DNA of 59,377 nucleotides, filler included, from Dugesia japonica (GCA_001938525.1; 6 parts of 6 records of this genome joined end to end with filler, not necessarily neighbours in it), one strand, 5' to 3'. Shown: positions 1 through 13,349, numbered from the whole stretch's first letter. The notes: generated from the sequence alone by a model not told the origin. A program made the numbers and translations.

Positions 1-849
1 GGTATTTTTACAGTAATATTTAGTTATCTATATGGATAATTGTCAATCTCATAATATTATACACTCATAATTTGTATATTACTCATTTGTTATGTAAATA
101 ATACAAAGTATCTATGTAAAAATACGTGGTATATATGTAAATATTATAATTTAAATATATAAATAATACACTGTAAATATATAAATAATATAGTCATACA
201 AANNNTGTACTTATAAGTTTTATATATTCATTGAAGGTATTTTAACAATAATTTTAAGATAGATATGAACGTTTTCCACACTCATAAACCCTATACACTT
301 ATAAACCCTATATTAAACAGTTGTTATTTAAATATTACAAAGTAACTATGCAAATAATATATTCATAAACCCGATACACTCATAAAAATATTGTCTTATA
401 AGTTTCTTAGTTATATATGGAAAGGTTTCATGAATTTATGACAAAAGNNNNNNNNNNNNNNNNNNNNNNNNNNNNNNNNNNNNNNNNNNNNNNNNNNNNN
501 NNNNNNNNNNNNNNNNNNNNNNNNNNNNNNNNNNNNNNNNNNNNNNNNNNNNNNNNNNNNNNNNNNNNNNNNNNNNNNNNNNNNNNNNNNNNNNNNNNNN
601 NNNNNNNNNNNNNNNNNNNNNNNNNNNNNNNNNNNNNNNNNNNNNNNNNNNNNNNNNNNGTTCTATGTTTTTATCATCTTGTAAAAAGTTTTAATTTGAA
701 TATTTTATCCTGTAATTATCACAAAGACTTCTCTCTGAAGTTTTTATTTGAATATGTTATCACGTAAAGATCACAAAGACTCCCTTCTTTGAGGTTTTTT
801 GGTAAATATATTTTAACATGTAAATATCACAAATAAANAACTTTGAAAT

Positions 850-1550
850 TTTTGATAGATGCAACTCAGATGCAACACACATACACTGAAAATCACGCGT
901 CTGATTATTTTTAATAAATTTACCTACAAAATGAAATTTTTAAAACTCAGCATAGACGCCATTTTGAATTTTATTGATTTTTTAAAATAAATGTTTAATA
1001 AATGCAATAGGTATGCAACTCAGAAGCCACGAGAATGCAACACACATACGCTGAAAATCACGTGCCTGGGAATTTTTAATAATAAATGCAATAGGTATTC
1101 AACTCGATGTCATAAGAACGAAACACACATACACTGAAAATCATATGCCTTTTAATTTTAGACTGTCCCATTCCTTGCAAAATATCAAGACTGTCTTATC
1201 TTAAGCAAAAATATTTTTTTTTTAAATCAATAATGCCTTAATTTCTTAAAAATATAAAGACTTCCAAATATCCGGCAATAATATCAAAAGTGACTCATCT
1301 TAAGTAAAATATATTAAGAAAAATAATCAATAATGCTTCAATCAAGACAGTCCAATCTCTTACAAAAATATCAAGACTGGCCCATTGACTGCAAAATATC
1401 AAGTCCGTTCCATCCTATGCAAAATATAGAGACTACTCATACCATGTAAAATATCAAGACTGCCCATATCTTGTAATAATATTTTACAAAATATCAAGAG
1501 TGACCGATATCTTGTAATAATATAGAGAGTGATCATCCCATGCAAAATAT
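850..1550. repeat. Degenerate tandem repeats (long ATGCAAC...CACATACACTGAAAATCA units, then ~27-bp AAAATATCAAGACTG units)
   Basis: CACATAC(A/G)CTGAAAATCA recurs at ~880, ~1043 and ~1126. AAAATATCAAGAC-like units recur many times in 1160-1550. Confidence 0.75.
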
Positions 1551-2128
1551 AAAGTCTGTCAAAAAAAATTTAATTAAATTTCCAACCAAAAAAAATATCT
1601 TAAATTTTTTGCTAAAAAGTATTTTTTAAATTTCATGCCAAAAGATATTTTTTTGAATTTCTCACCAAAAAAATATCAAGACTCCTCTTCCTGGTTCGAA
1701 AAATATTAAAACCAATCTATCCATCTTCAAAAATACTCAAAAATACATCATTTTTACAAAAATACCATTACTTTCTATAAATTCGTCATTTTAAGCAAAA
1801 TACAGCATTTTTACACAAAAAACATTTCACATGTAGCTCTGGCGAGGGTAGCTCTGCTGGCAGCAAGGGCTTGAGCCCCATCATGATCATCACCACCAAT
1901 AAAAACAAGAACTCCAAAAAAAGATCATACCCACTCAGCAGCAAAGCTCAAAAGGCAAAAAAAGCCAAAATGCAAAACAAAATCACAATTGCTGTCCCTA
2001 AAACTAATGCTGCAACGGTCAAAAACGGCCTTAGCTATTCCGGCGCACTGAGCAGCCCCGCGAGACCTTCTAGTGCATGATGGTTTAGGTCCACAGTTGC
2101 TCCCACAATTGCTGCTGATGAGGCGACT

Positions 2129-2565
2129 GTGGATGGCCCAAGAATTGACCTCACACATGATGCATGGTTCTTTGACGAGTATATCAAAAAATACATGAAT
2201 GCGTACTCTGTTGATAGCGCTTTTGTTCACATTGACCCATGCATCATCCAAATTGTGGTTGCTCAAAGTAGCTCTTTTGCTTATCTTGGCTGTGATATAA
2301 GCAGACTGTCAACTGCTCGTCGCATAATCACCTCAGTGAATATTGACAATCAACACTGGGCTCTATTCTTTTACGACACACCCAATGGAATTGTATGCAA
2401 CATTGATCCCCTCAGATCTCCCTTCAGGCCGGATGTTGCTGCAAGACATGGCGAACACCTAACCAATGAGTTGGACGCAGCTCTTATTGAGCATGTTGTG
2501 TTTTCTTTGGCGTAATTTGACAGAGAAACACAACAGAATAGCTATGATTGTGGACCATTCGTTTA
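2129..2565 (+). pseudogene. Ulp1/C48 SUMO-protease-like domain of the non-LTR element
   Basis: IITSVNIDNQHWALFFYD...IDPL, then after a stop QQNSYDCGPF (2531-2560), giving the His/Asp/Gln/Cys catalytic set. Confidence 0.82.
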
Positions 2566-3621
2566 AAATTACGCCATGAAACAGTCCTGCGGTGAGCCAC
2601 TTAAGGAGCTCCACATCAAGAAGGTACGATACTTTGTTCGNNNNNNNNNNNNNNNNNNNNNNNNNNNNNNNNNNNNNNNNNNNNNNNNNNGCGCATTAAC
2701 TGAATACTCTCATGCTAATATCTTTCTCACAGATCTTGAAAGATATAATCTTTGCCCTCCCATAAAATCTGGCGAAGATGGATTCGAATTTCACTGTCCA
2801 GATGCATCTGCAATAAGACGCATACTTTATGATCTGTCTGTGTCAGCTCCTGATCTAAATAAAATCACATACTAGTATCTGAAGTCCGCAGACTTAAAGT
2901 GTGCTCTTATTCACCAAATTTTTAAGAAGATTCTATCTTCTGGTGTTACTTTGGACAGTTCGAAAACCTACTCGACACTGGTGATTTTAAAACCAAGCAA
3001 AGTCGGATCATACCATGAAGTTTAATAATGGAGACCAATAGCTTTACTAGACTCTCTTTACAAGCTCTTCATGGCTTGTCTGACATCTCAGTTTTCGAGT
3101 TGAGTGATGAGGTCTAAATTGATACATAACCTGCAGAAAAGTGCTGCCGAGTCGGAAGGCTGCTGTGAGCATAACTTTCCACTACGAGTGAGCATATTTA
3201 TCCTGCCTTGTAAATAGCAACCTTGTTCAAATTACAATCAAGGGATTACTGGTCCCTAAACTTCATCACCGAGATTCCTACGGGTACCTAGAAGTTGACT
3301 TTGGCCCCGATCATTTCCAAACTCCAACAAAAATGTTTGAAAGATCTGCCTAGGATTTAGAGAAGATAACAAACTCGGTTCTCTATCCCTGACATAAAAT
3401 CCACGCGTGCCGAACCTTCATTCATTCAAGATTCACGTTCGCGTTTCGGAATTTCAACATTCCTTTGGGGAAATTCAATTGTAGCGGCCACTCCGAAAAC
3501 GGCGTAATTTTCAGTGCCTAGGGTATCGACAAACGAATCCGCACCTCAAGCTGGCAAATACTTTCCTTTTCAGTGTGGTCACCCTCTGATTATCTTTATA
3601 GTGCCCAAAAATTAGAGGGAG

Positions 3622-4720
3622 TTGGCGATGGACGAGTACTCCGTACAATCTTTAGTAAAAGCATTCAAAATGCTTCTATGTCCAGATGAGATTGTACGAG
3701 ATGTGGCTAGCCATGATCTGATTATTGCTGCCACAAAACATTTAAAACGTTTCCGACTGTGCTCAATTGATGAAGCATTGAACTGGCTCTCCGTCAACAC
3801 CACTGATTCTAATCTCAAGTGTTGGTGGTTGAAGGTCTATGACGCAATCGCCTATCTTCATAAAATGGTTCACCTGCAGGAAAAGTTCAAGCGTAATGAG
3901 CTTGAAATTTGCATGCAAGTGATTGATTGCGTCGATGAAGGAAACTATTTGATTTCCATCAAAGACCATACAGCCATAACCAAACTGCTTCATCGTCTCC
4001 TCAATTGGGCTCATAAAAGAAAATGGAATGCCCTGACTAAAACTGGAGCAATTTCAACAGCTATCGGAGCGTCCACTTTATCTACAAAACCGCTATTCAA
4101 TGGCTCTTTTAAACCTGATGAATGGCGATTTATTCATAGAGCAAAGACTAGCACACTTCTGGTAGGTTGCAGCCATGGGATATCATTTAAATCCTGTCAG
4201 AAGTGTGGCTATCACTTGGAAACTCAGGCACATGTCCTGTGTCATTGCTCTCCTTTCTCGGCTTTTAATTCAGGACGACACAATGGTGTGCTTGAGTTGC
4301 TCGCCAGGTTTATTAGATCAAACACTTCCTTGAAAGTCATCGTAGATCAGGCCTGTGACCTGGTTAACATGACTGATCGCGTTGACTTGCAATTAATTAA
4401 TAGCGATGTCAAGCGCATTATATTACTGGATGTAAAAACTCCCTATGATACATCCAGTAATCTAAAATTAGCGAGGGACATTAATACCATAAAATACACG
4501 CCACTCAAAATGTACATTCAGAAAAACTAGCCAGCTTGAAAAGTCTCCCTTGAAACGATCTCAATTGGGTGTTTAGGATCGTGGTGTGTAGAGAATGAGC
4601 CTGTGCTCAAACAGGTTGGGCTCCGCCCTAGTACAATAAGAAAGTTTGCGCTTGTCTCGATCAGGAAATGCATATTCTGGTCGAGTAGAAATTGGAAATT
4701 CCACAACGGGAGGCTCGCAA
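3622..4720 (+). pseudogene. C-terminal CCHC zinc knuckle and restriction-like endonuclease of the non-LTR element
   Basis: ORF 3622-4530 contains WRFIHRAK, CxxC-ETxxHVLxHC, RHN and DVKTPYD; the terminal GCLGSW motif follows after a stop. Confidence 0.88.
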
Positions 4721-4989
4721 TCTGGAGATTGAAGAAATCGAAAACTCCAGAGCAGACATGTCTGACGTACATAAAGCCAATTAAGGTTTAAACAAAATCT
4801 GTCATTTCCTTACGACATCTTCTTATTCTTTTCTTTTTGTTTCTGTTAAATACCCAAGCTTCAAGCTGGCCGAACCAGGACATGATTAAACATGGAGAGG
4901 GTTTTCTAACCTGAAAGATTGTTTTATTTTTCTCGGCGTTTTATTACGTGTAGTCCCCCAAAATACAGCATTTTTACACAAAAAAAAGA

Positions 4990-5650
4990 TTTCAAAAGAT
5001 TAAGACGTCATAACCACCCTTCAGAAAAATTTCAAATACCCAATTAAATAAATCTTATAAAATCCGATAATTAATTCTCTTTCCACACATACCACTAATA
5101 CCCTCCCGAAATTTCTTTTATCCCTTTTATACTACTTTTTAAATATTAACCAATCGAATTCAAGCTCAACCAATTAAAAATTAAGTCACAATTGACATCC
5201 AAATTATTTTCCATCATATTTCCTTTCCCAAAAACATCAAACAACAAAATCCAACAACACAATACAAACATAAACCCCACAAAAAAACACTCCACGATAA
5301 TTCATAAGACTGTGACCGTGAGCTACAACACTTCTAGGACAAACCATTCATCCAACATCATAAGTCCTTTAGACAATATATTGACCAAATTTTTGTCCAA
5401 CCACAACCTAATCTTAAAGACTTTAGAAAAATTATTTCCAAGATCTCCACCTACCCTTCGAGTCCAAATTCCATCTTACATACACAACCACAAACACAAA
5501 CTCAACTTGACCTAATTTTTAAAAACCCCCTTAGCAACCCAAACACACACAAATTTTAAAATTTAAAGATACACACACATCAACAGGATCAAAAGAAAAT
5601 GATCCGATCAAAAATGTTTTGATCCCAAAAATCTTAGAAAAAAAAATTCA
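4990..5650 (+). repeat. C/A-rich dispersed repeat, copy 1 (homologous to ~13500-14080)
   Basis: Blocks shared in the same order with 13500-14080: CAGAAAAATT..TAAATCTTATAA, CATAAGTCCTT(T/C)AGACAATAT, AAATTTT(T)GTCC, CAGGATCAAA..TGATCC(C)GATCAAAA. Confidence 0.75.
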
Positions 5651-5832
5651 CATAAATTTGGTCACAATCGTAAGAAGTTGTCGAGCACACCCAAGAGGAT
5701 GGGGGTCCCCTCAAATTGGGACCGTGCGCTACTATCCCATACTTATATCGTAAAAAACAAGAAGATTATTATTTAAATGTGTATTGAAAATATTACAAAC
5801 AACTTAGGATTATTTGTCTATTTAATTAGAAG

Positions 5833-6159
5833 ATGAACTTTGAACGAAGTAAATCATTCTTTACAGCAATACTACATTCTTCTACTATAAAGAGAATGAA
5901 AATTCTGTAAGTATTTCCATCATTTGTAATTGATGATTTACTTGAGATTATTGTAAATATGGTTCGTGGTAATGTAACTTTAAACGAAGAGCAAAGAAAA
6001 GAAAAAAAACATAATATATTGGAAAAACATAGAAATTCTTTGTTGTCAATTGTAAATAACAAGAATAAGAAATTAATGAAAAAAGTATTTTACGGGAAAA
6101 ATGGTAACTTTATAAAAATAATACTTCCAATAGCACTAGATTTATTAAGTCTTGATTAA
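5833..6159 (+). pseudogene. Polinton/adintovirus small basic core-type protein homolog (one internal stop)
   Basis: MNFERSKSFFTAILHSSTIKRMKIL*...LLEIIVNMVRGNVTL...LEKHRNSLL...GKNGNFIKIILPI resembles the Polinton pattern E..LN.LKGNVPL...L.KHK..LR.L...QKGGFL..LL (recognised by eye). Confidence 0.6.
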
Positions 6160-6214
6160 TTTTAATAAAAATGGGTCTAAAGGCAGTTAGAAGAGCAGCA
6201 ATTTAAAAGGTTTG

Positions 6215-6220
6215 ATTATT

Positions 6221-6284
<64 letters not shown>

Positions 6285-6334
6285 NNNNNNNNNNNNNNNN
6301 NNNNNNNNNNNNNNNNNNNNNNNNNNNNNNNNNN

Positions 6335-6395
<61 letters not shown>

Positions 6396-6415
6396 CATTG
6401 TTGTTGTTATTATTC
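6215..6415. repeat. (ATT)n microsatellite spanning a gap
   Basis: Direct inspection. Confidence 0.95.
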
Positions 6416-7479
6416 AATTAAATTTAAATATTTTTAAATGCTTGTAAGCAATGAATTTCAAAAAAACATTTAATGTTTCATTTCATTAGAAAATTATGTA
6501 GTTAAAATTATTTAATTATGATTATAATTTTAATTATGATTAATTACCAATAAAAGCTAAGATACATTTTGATTGGTTGAATTTATCTATATGAAACATA
6601 TAAACTAAATTTAATTACTATTAATTCTTAGAAAATGTCAGATTACACTGAAGAAAATTTGACAGTCAGAAAGAAACAGATGTATCATACTGATGATGAA
6701 TCTTCATGAAAAGAACCATGTTTTGATATCCAAACAGATGATGACGAAGACGACATAGGAACAGAAGAAATTACTAGAGACTCAATAAAAATAGAGGATT
6801 AAATCTCTGATCAATATTTTGTAGAAAAATGTATTTTATTTAAATTATATTAAATAATTAGTTATAATTCATTAGATATGATTGTTGATATATTAGAAGA
6901 AGAATTCCTAAATCTTAAGAATGATTCCGTATATCGGGCACCAGAAGTAATACTGATACAAAATCATGCAGTATACAAGGTTTCATATTATTACGATAAT
7001 AAAATTATACTTGGATGAACCATTCAGTTGTACATCTATATTAAACTATTGTTTAAGATTAAAATTTAAAAGGATAGTCAAACGTTTCCTTAAATAAATA
7101 TTAGTTATTACTTTATTGTTTTGATGTCATTATGAATTATTTAATGGTCATCTTAATCTAAGTATCAAACATAATATCTAATATCCCTTAGAAAAGTCAC
7201 TTGATTCATTGGTTTTTATATGATTTTATAGTCATTCATTGTTTAAAGTCTTAATGTTTCTCTCTTAATCTCTTTATTTTGCCCAGTTTTTACCTGATTT
7301 TCTTTATTTCTCCATATTTTCTAAAATACATGAATAAGAGTGAGATGGATCAAGTGAGAAAGGGTAAGTGTGAGAGGCCAAGAATGAGGAGGTAAGAAAT
7401 AGCGAGATAGTATTATCTAATTTTCTTGAAGTCAGGAAATTTAATCTGAAATTTAAATTAACTTTTTTGATTCGATGAA

Positions 7480-7790
7480 ATATTACACAATTCTTTTAAT
7501 CATCACTGAAAATTGACAGGAACTTTCATAAAAATGGTTTAAATTTACTAGAACTTTTTAAAAGCTGGTTAAAATTTCTACAATCTTTTTAATCATCGTT
7601 GAAAATTTACACATATTTTTTAATTTTCAAAATTCCTGTGTAAAAGAATGAGCAAATATTTCAATAATTTACCAGATCTTTTTTGAAATCATTGAAAAAT
7701 GACAGGAACTTTCTTAATTACATTGAAAATTTACAGGAACTTATTATTAACTGTTGAAAATTTTCATAATCTTTTCAGTAATAGTGATTC
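7480..7790. repeat. Degenerate ~36-bp minisatellite (TTGAAAATTTACAGGAACTTTTTAATCATC-like)
   Basis: About eight recurring GAAAATT(T/G)AC..GAACTTT units. Confidence 0.7.
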
Positions 7791-9830
7791 TAATACTGTC
7801 AAGATTCTTGCCTTAACAATTCATTTGTATAATTACTTAGTAAATCATCTTGATTTTAAATGTTAATATTCACGGGTAGAGTATATAAACATACACAATT
7901 CTTGCTACCAATACATACACATATCTTGCTATCATCAAGCATTACCAATTACAATGCTTGCTATCAAAAATTATTAACCAAAAAAATCAATTATTAACAT
8001 ACAGAATACTCGTTATCATTCTTTACCTATTGATTGTTCAGTTAATGGTTTAATCTGTTCATCGATTATTTCATATAGTCAACTCTATAATTCACACTGA
8101 ATATATACTTTAGAACCATTAGCTGGTTAATTATTCACAGAGTTTCACCTTAATATAAAAGAATTTTTGAAAATAGATTTCTAATGTGTTTATTCACCTA
8201 TTAATCATCAACTTGTTATATAAATTTATTCTTTCATTCATTAAAATTCTAACCAATTAAACCTATTATTAGTCTTTCAAATTAATTAATTTATTCATTT
8301 AAATATTTTTTTAAATTAATTAGTTAAATCTTCAAAGAAATTTTATTTGAATACAATTATAATCAAATCAATAACTATTTGAGTAAGTAATTTGATTCAT
8401 AATTATTCTTATTTATTGTAATATCCTAATTGAAAATAAAAACTGTAATGTTTATTTTCCTCTTTATATTTGTAAAAGATTCAATTTAACTTATTATTTT
8501 AAAAAGTCTAAAGTGAGTGTATTTACACTTAAAATTATTGTTTTAGATACTTTTCTCATAATTATTTGCAAATTATTTATTCAATTAATTATTTTAGTTA
8601 TTTTCAATACATATTTCAAATTATATCAAATTATCTAGTTCTTAGAAAAAATTTCAATTTTTATCAATTAAAGTTTGAAATGAATTCTTTTCATTAATGT
8701 TAAAGACTGACGATTTTTAACCATGTTATTCTTACTTATCAAAAAAGTCTATATCTAATAGTTACTTTGATGATAAAATTTGAGTTTAGTTATTATTTTC
8801 ATTAATCCTCTATTCTAATTTAAAAAGCATAACTTTAACTATTTATTAAATATTTTTCTAAAATTAATGTGTTTTCACATAAATTCAAGTTGTGTGTACT
8901 TTTACTGAAAATTATTTAATCCATCATACTTAATCTATTTAATCAATTATATGAATTATTTCTAATAATTGTTTAGAAATTATTTTAATGAATCAACGCT
9001 TAATAAANATTTTCTATTATAAATTAAACATTAATTAAAAAATACATGCAAAATTTAATTTGATTAAAAAATATTTCAAAATTCCATCAATAATTAATAA
9101 ACATTTTCTATTATAATTTTAAAAAGTTTAAATTTAATCATAAAAATATATATTTGAAGTCTAATTTATTTTCAAAACACGATTAAACATTTACTTACAA
9201 AAATATCACATATTGAAAATTAATCAATTCATCATAATAAATTTTTTCAATTAATTATATAGATTGCTGTTTTCAATAAACTATTTCAATGAATCAATCA
9301 CAATAAAAAATTCATATTATAAATTAAATTTTAATTAAATTTTAACGATAAAAATAGAACACTAATTATAATAGTTGAATTAAAATAATCAAAATTTCAA
9401 GTAAAAATAAAGAACGGGTTAAAAAATTAAACATTGATTAAACAGTACACTTACCACTACGTAATAGTATCAAATAGCGAAANNNNNNNNNNNNNNNNNN
9501 NNNNNNNNNNNNAAAGAGTGAGAAAACCGTTGATAATTAATGATCAGTGCACTACTAGCAAAGTTTTTATGTCTGAAATCTAGTGGTCAGAGCAAAGAGC
9601 TTTGATAACTGAAGACTGGTAAATAGGGAACTTTCATTCAAATGTATTTAAAAAACTACCCAAAATTGACCTTACTGAACAAATTATCATGAACAGTTTG
9701 CCCGGATTCTTATAAAACAATCGCATAAATATTTTTAAAAACTTTTCAATTTAAACAAATTTGACTTTTATCATGAGTTTCCTTAAAATTCAACCCAAAC
9801 TTGTTAGCGCAAGAAAATTATCATTCAAAT

Positions 9831-9930
9831 NNNNNNNNNNNNNNNNNNNNNNNNNNNNNNNNNNNNNNNNNNNNTTAATTAATTAANNNNNNNNNNNNNN
9901 NNNNNNNNNNNNNNNNNNNNNNNNNNNNNN
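9831..9930. other. Artificial scaffold-joining spacer (44N-TTAATTAATTAA-44N)
   Basis: Exactly 100 nt with a six-frame stop cassette; identical to four other spacers. Confidence 0.97.
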
Positions 9931-10069
9931 CAGTAGAGCTGTTCCGTTTAAATCAAAGGGAACTAGAAAGAATAAACAATACTATGTATGGACATGAAAA
10001 CCAACTTGGATAAAAGCAACACAAATAGCCAATTAAGACGAACATTCAGATGAAATCAAATAATTTCTA

Positions 10070-10950
10070 ATCGCTTTTACCTAGTAATAGTAGTCGACAA
10101 TTTCATCCAAATAATACTGCTAGTTATTACATTGCTGAGCTTAAAAAATCCAATTTACATGAATGGTAGTTGGGAATTACCCATGATGGATTTTACCTTT
10201 TTATATTCAACCATGCCAATTTACATTTAATCTAGGATTGAATATTATATATTTAAACCAATTAAGAAAGAACTTATACTTGATGTTAAGATTTAAAAAA
10301 ATAAATTGCTTTAACTGTATATTCTCTAGATAAATATAAAATTAATACAGAAATAGATATAACATTTAAGAAAAATACGATAACCTTTAGTGGTGATATG
10401 ATATTCCACAGTCTATCATTTGATACTTTTGAAAACTTGGTAGGATTTACATATGGTACAGGGGAAGTTAAGAGAACGTATAATTAATATAATATTAAAA
10501 TTTAAATATTATTATGCAATTTTATCTAAACATTATTTTCAATTTCAATCCGATTTGTATATAAAGGATTTAAATCAACTAAATTATTATTTTAAGAAAG
10601 TTCTTTCAATGTTATTTCAAAGGTTTTCTTTAAAGCAAGATGAACGTTTTGGATTTACATTGTTAAGTAGGACTAAATGTGACAAATTCGATATAATTTT
10701 AACAAAATTATTATGATTAGAAGAATCACAATATAATCAAATACGTCTTGATGATGAACGACTACAATATGATAATCATATCACAACATATATATAGTAC
10801 AAAATATGGGATATTTGGACAAGAATTTGATTTGCAGAATAATACTTTAAGATTTTAAGGATAATTATCTCTTCTTTACATTTGTTCTTGAGCCAGAATT
10901 TGATATAAATCAGAGTCAATTACCTCAACAAAGAAATTTGAGATTGGAAA
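10070..10950 (+). pseudogene. Polinton/adintovirus minor capsid (penton)-like remnant
   Basis: SLLPSNSSRQFHPNNTASYYIAELKK(frameshift)PIYMNGSWELPMMDFTF matches the Polinton penton N-terminus LPSNSS..FP.NT.S.F...L...I.L.G.WEV.L; the downstream extent is approximate. Confidence 0.7.
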
Positions 10951-11049
10951 TCANNNNNNNNNNNNNNNNNNNNNNNNNNNNNNNNNNNNNNNNNNNNNNN
11001 NNNNNNNNNNNNNNNNNNNNNNNGGGACAGTATTGGTGTAAACAATGCC

Positions 11050-11345
11050 ATGTATTCCTGAAACAATAGCAATGAGGTAAGAGTTATTAAATTATTTATT
11101 GTTTAATTTATTAATTCTATTCAGATTGATTGGATTGCATCAATGTGGCTTGGATCAGCATGGCTAGGCTTCTATGCATTGGATAAACTTCCAAATTATG
11201 TTCCAGTAAACAATGTCTTAATCGTCAATGTTGGTGTCGCATTTATCAAAATTATCAAAACCAATTGTGTACAATAAAATTCGTTATCAAGATCCATTTT
11301 CAACTACCACACTGTTTATTATGGTTAAAACAACCAATAATACAG
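11050..11345 (+). pseudogene. Polinton adenain-like cysteine protease remnant, apparently with a 48-nt GT-AG intron (11077-11124)
   Basis: Spliced reading NSNE|IDWIASMWLGSAWLGFYALDKLPNYVPVNNVLIVN, then YNKIRYQDPFSTT..HCLLWL. The catalytic His and CG segments appear deleted. Confidence 0.6.
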
Positions 11346-13349
11346 ATGAAATATTTATTTGCCTGTATTTGTATTATACAAAATATATGCTTTATTGATA
11401 AAAATATCTTAATAACATTGTTTTGTGTAATCTGTTGTTATAATTAATTATTGTTTGGAAATGATTATCTTGAAATTTATTACATATAAATCAAAATAAT
11501 TTAAATCTTAATTTAAATGTCATTGATAAACTGAGTAATTTCTTTATTTTCTATGTTATTTTGAATGTCCAAAATTTAGGATGTTTGATATTTTTTTAAA
11601 TAACTATGCAATTATATTCTTGTAGAATCACAATATTTTAATCCTACAATATTAAAATCTTATAAAACTTATAAACACATACACTCATAAACTCCATAAA
11701 ATATATACTAAAATAAGGAAATATGATGAAGAATATATGAAAATTAAAGAAGAAATAGATTATATCGATATACTTAAACTAAAATCGAAAATGACTTTCA
11801 CTTTCAAATACAGTCAATATGAGATTTTAAATATGGCTACTCTCTATTTTCTCCTATTCTATTTTATTCATTTTCTTTTAGGAGCGTTAATAGATATGTT
11901 CTTAGAAAAAAGAAAGTCGGATGAAGATTATCATCCGATGATACCAGGAATCTTTATCAATGAATATATGGAAACAGAATGTTGTACAAATTTCTGTGAA
12001 TCTTGCTGTAGAGTAAACATACAAATATTTTTGGGGCAGTAGAAAATTATTTTTCATATTAGTGCTTTAAATATTTAGTTTTTTATTTCTAATTTATTTT
12101 GTAAAAAGAAAACACAATACAAATTAATAACATTATTTTGTATAATCTGATATTATAATGGAGGTCTGGAAATTATTGTTAGAAATTAGTATTTAGAAAT
12201 GTATTATATATAAAGCAATATAATTTAAATTTGAATTTAAATGTTATTGATTAACTGTAAAATTGAATTAATTGTAATTNNNNNNNNNNNNNNNNNNCCA
12301 AAATTTAGGATGTTTAATATATTTTTTAAAATAACTATAAAATTATATTCTTGTAGAGCCACAAGATTTGAACCCATATGATAATAAAACGCATAAACAC
12401 ATACATTCATTAGCCAATTAGTCTCCAATAAACCCATTAATTTTATTAATTCTAATAAAATAGACATAATTTGTTTTAACGGGTCAAATTAAATTAATTC
12501 CATCAAAACCCCAATGTTCCTCATTAATTCATTAATTATGTTATGAAAATGTTATTTTTTTTTATCACAATTTCAAAATTATTTTACAAAAACAATGAAT
12601 TATTAGAACAAAAAAGTAAATTTATTATTTTGTTTTTAAATTTTTAATTTTTTTGGTTTGTAAGATTATTATGATTGAAATTATTGCATGATTATTAATA
12701 AGTAACTATAAGTCTCAGTTGTCTCATTATTATCATCTCGGAAATATAGAAAATTTTAAAAACCTAATAAAGAAGAATTTGTTGGATACAATTACAGATC
12801 TATTATATAATCTGAATGATAAGAGTATAATTGGTTATAATTAATTGGTTACAGAAGCAACAGTATCAGAAAATAATCATTGAGTGCCCAATTTGAAGAA
12901 TTATTTATGACAATAAAGAAGAAATTATAGTATTAAATAAATCGCAATCTATTTTAGCAGAGCATTTTGCAAAATTAAATTATGATTTCATAGTTAATAA
13001 AGAAATACGGAAGAGAAGAAGAAGAAAAACTATATATTGAATTATTAGAAGTGATGACATTTTGACCTGATAATTATGAGACAATTAAAGATAAACAGAT
13101 AAAATATTTTATAGAAAACGAATTTAACAGAAATATGGAGAAAATATTTAACCGGCAATTATTAATTATAAACGATTGTAATATATTTAACAATTGTACA
13201 TGTGTTGCATTTAATGTAAATTTCTTTTTATTTGTTATTTTTTCTTCATTTATTTTAATAACATTAAGACAAAAACCATAAAAATTAACAAAATTACTTT
13301 TTTATAAAAAATAAACATATTTATTTCTTCAAGATGGTTAGTGAAAACT

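Larger units (their letters stand above)
1823..4958 (+). mobile_element. Decayed, 5'-truncated non-LTR retrotransposon with restriction-like endonuclease and Ulp1 protease (NeSL clade)
   Basis: Ulp1 motifs NQHWALFFYD and QQNSYDCGPF; RT fragments WRPIALLDSLYKLF and QKS..EGCCEHNF; CCHC CQKCGYHLETQAHVLCHC; RHNGVL; PD-(D/E)xK-type RVDL...LLDVKTPYD. GC-richer island flanked by the direct repeat CAAAATACAGCATTTTTACACAAAAAA (1796-1822, 4959-4985). Many stops, frameshifts and an internal RT deletion. Confidence 0.88.

Noticed and set aside
6187-6421. Poly-I/L/N/Y ORFs (also 47954-48236, 50687-50917, 57807-58285)
   Set aside because: Translations of (ATT)n microsatellites and N gaps, not proteins.
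11737-12042. 101-aa ORF with a Cys cluster (CCTNFCESCC)
   Set aside because: No recognisable family; it may include intron sequence. Possibly part of the Polinton-like remnant, but unsupported.
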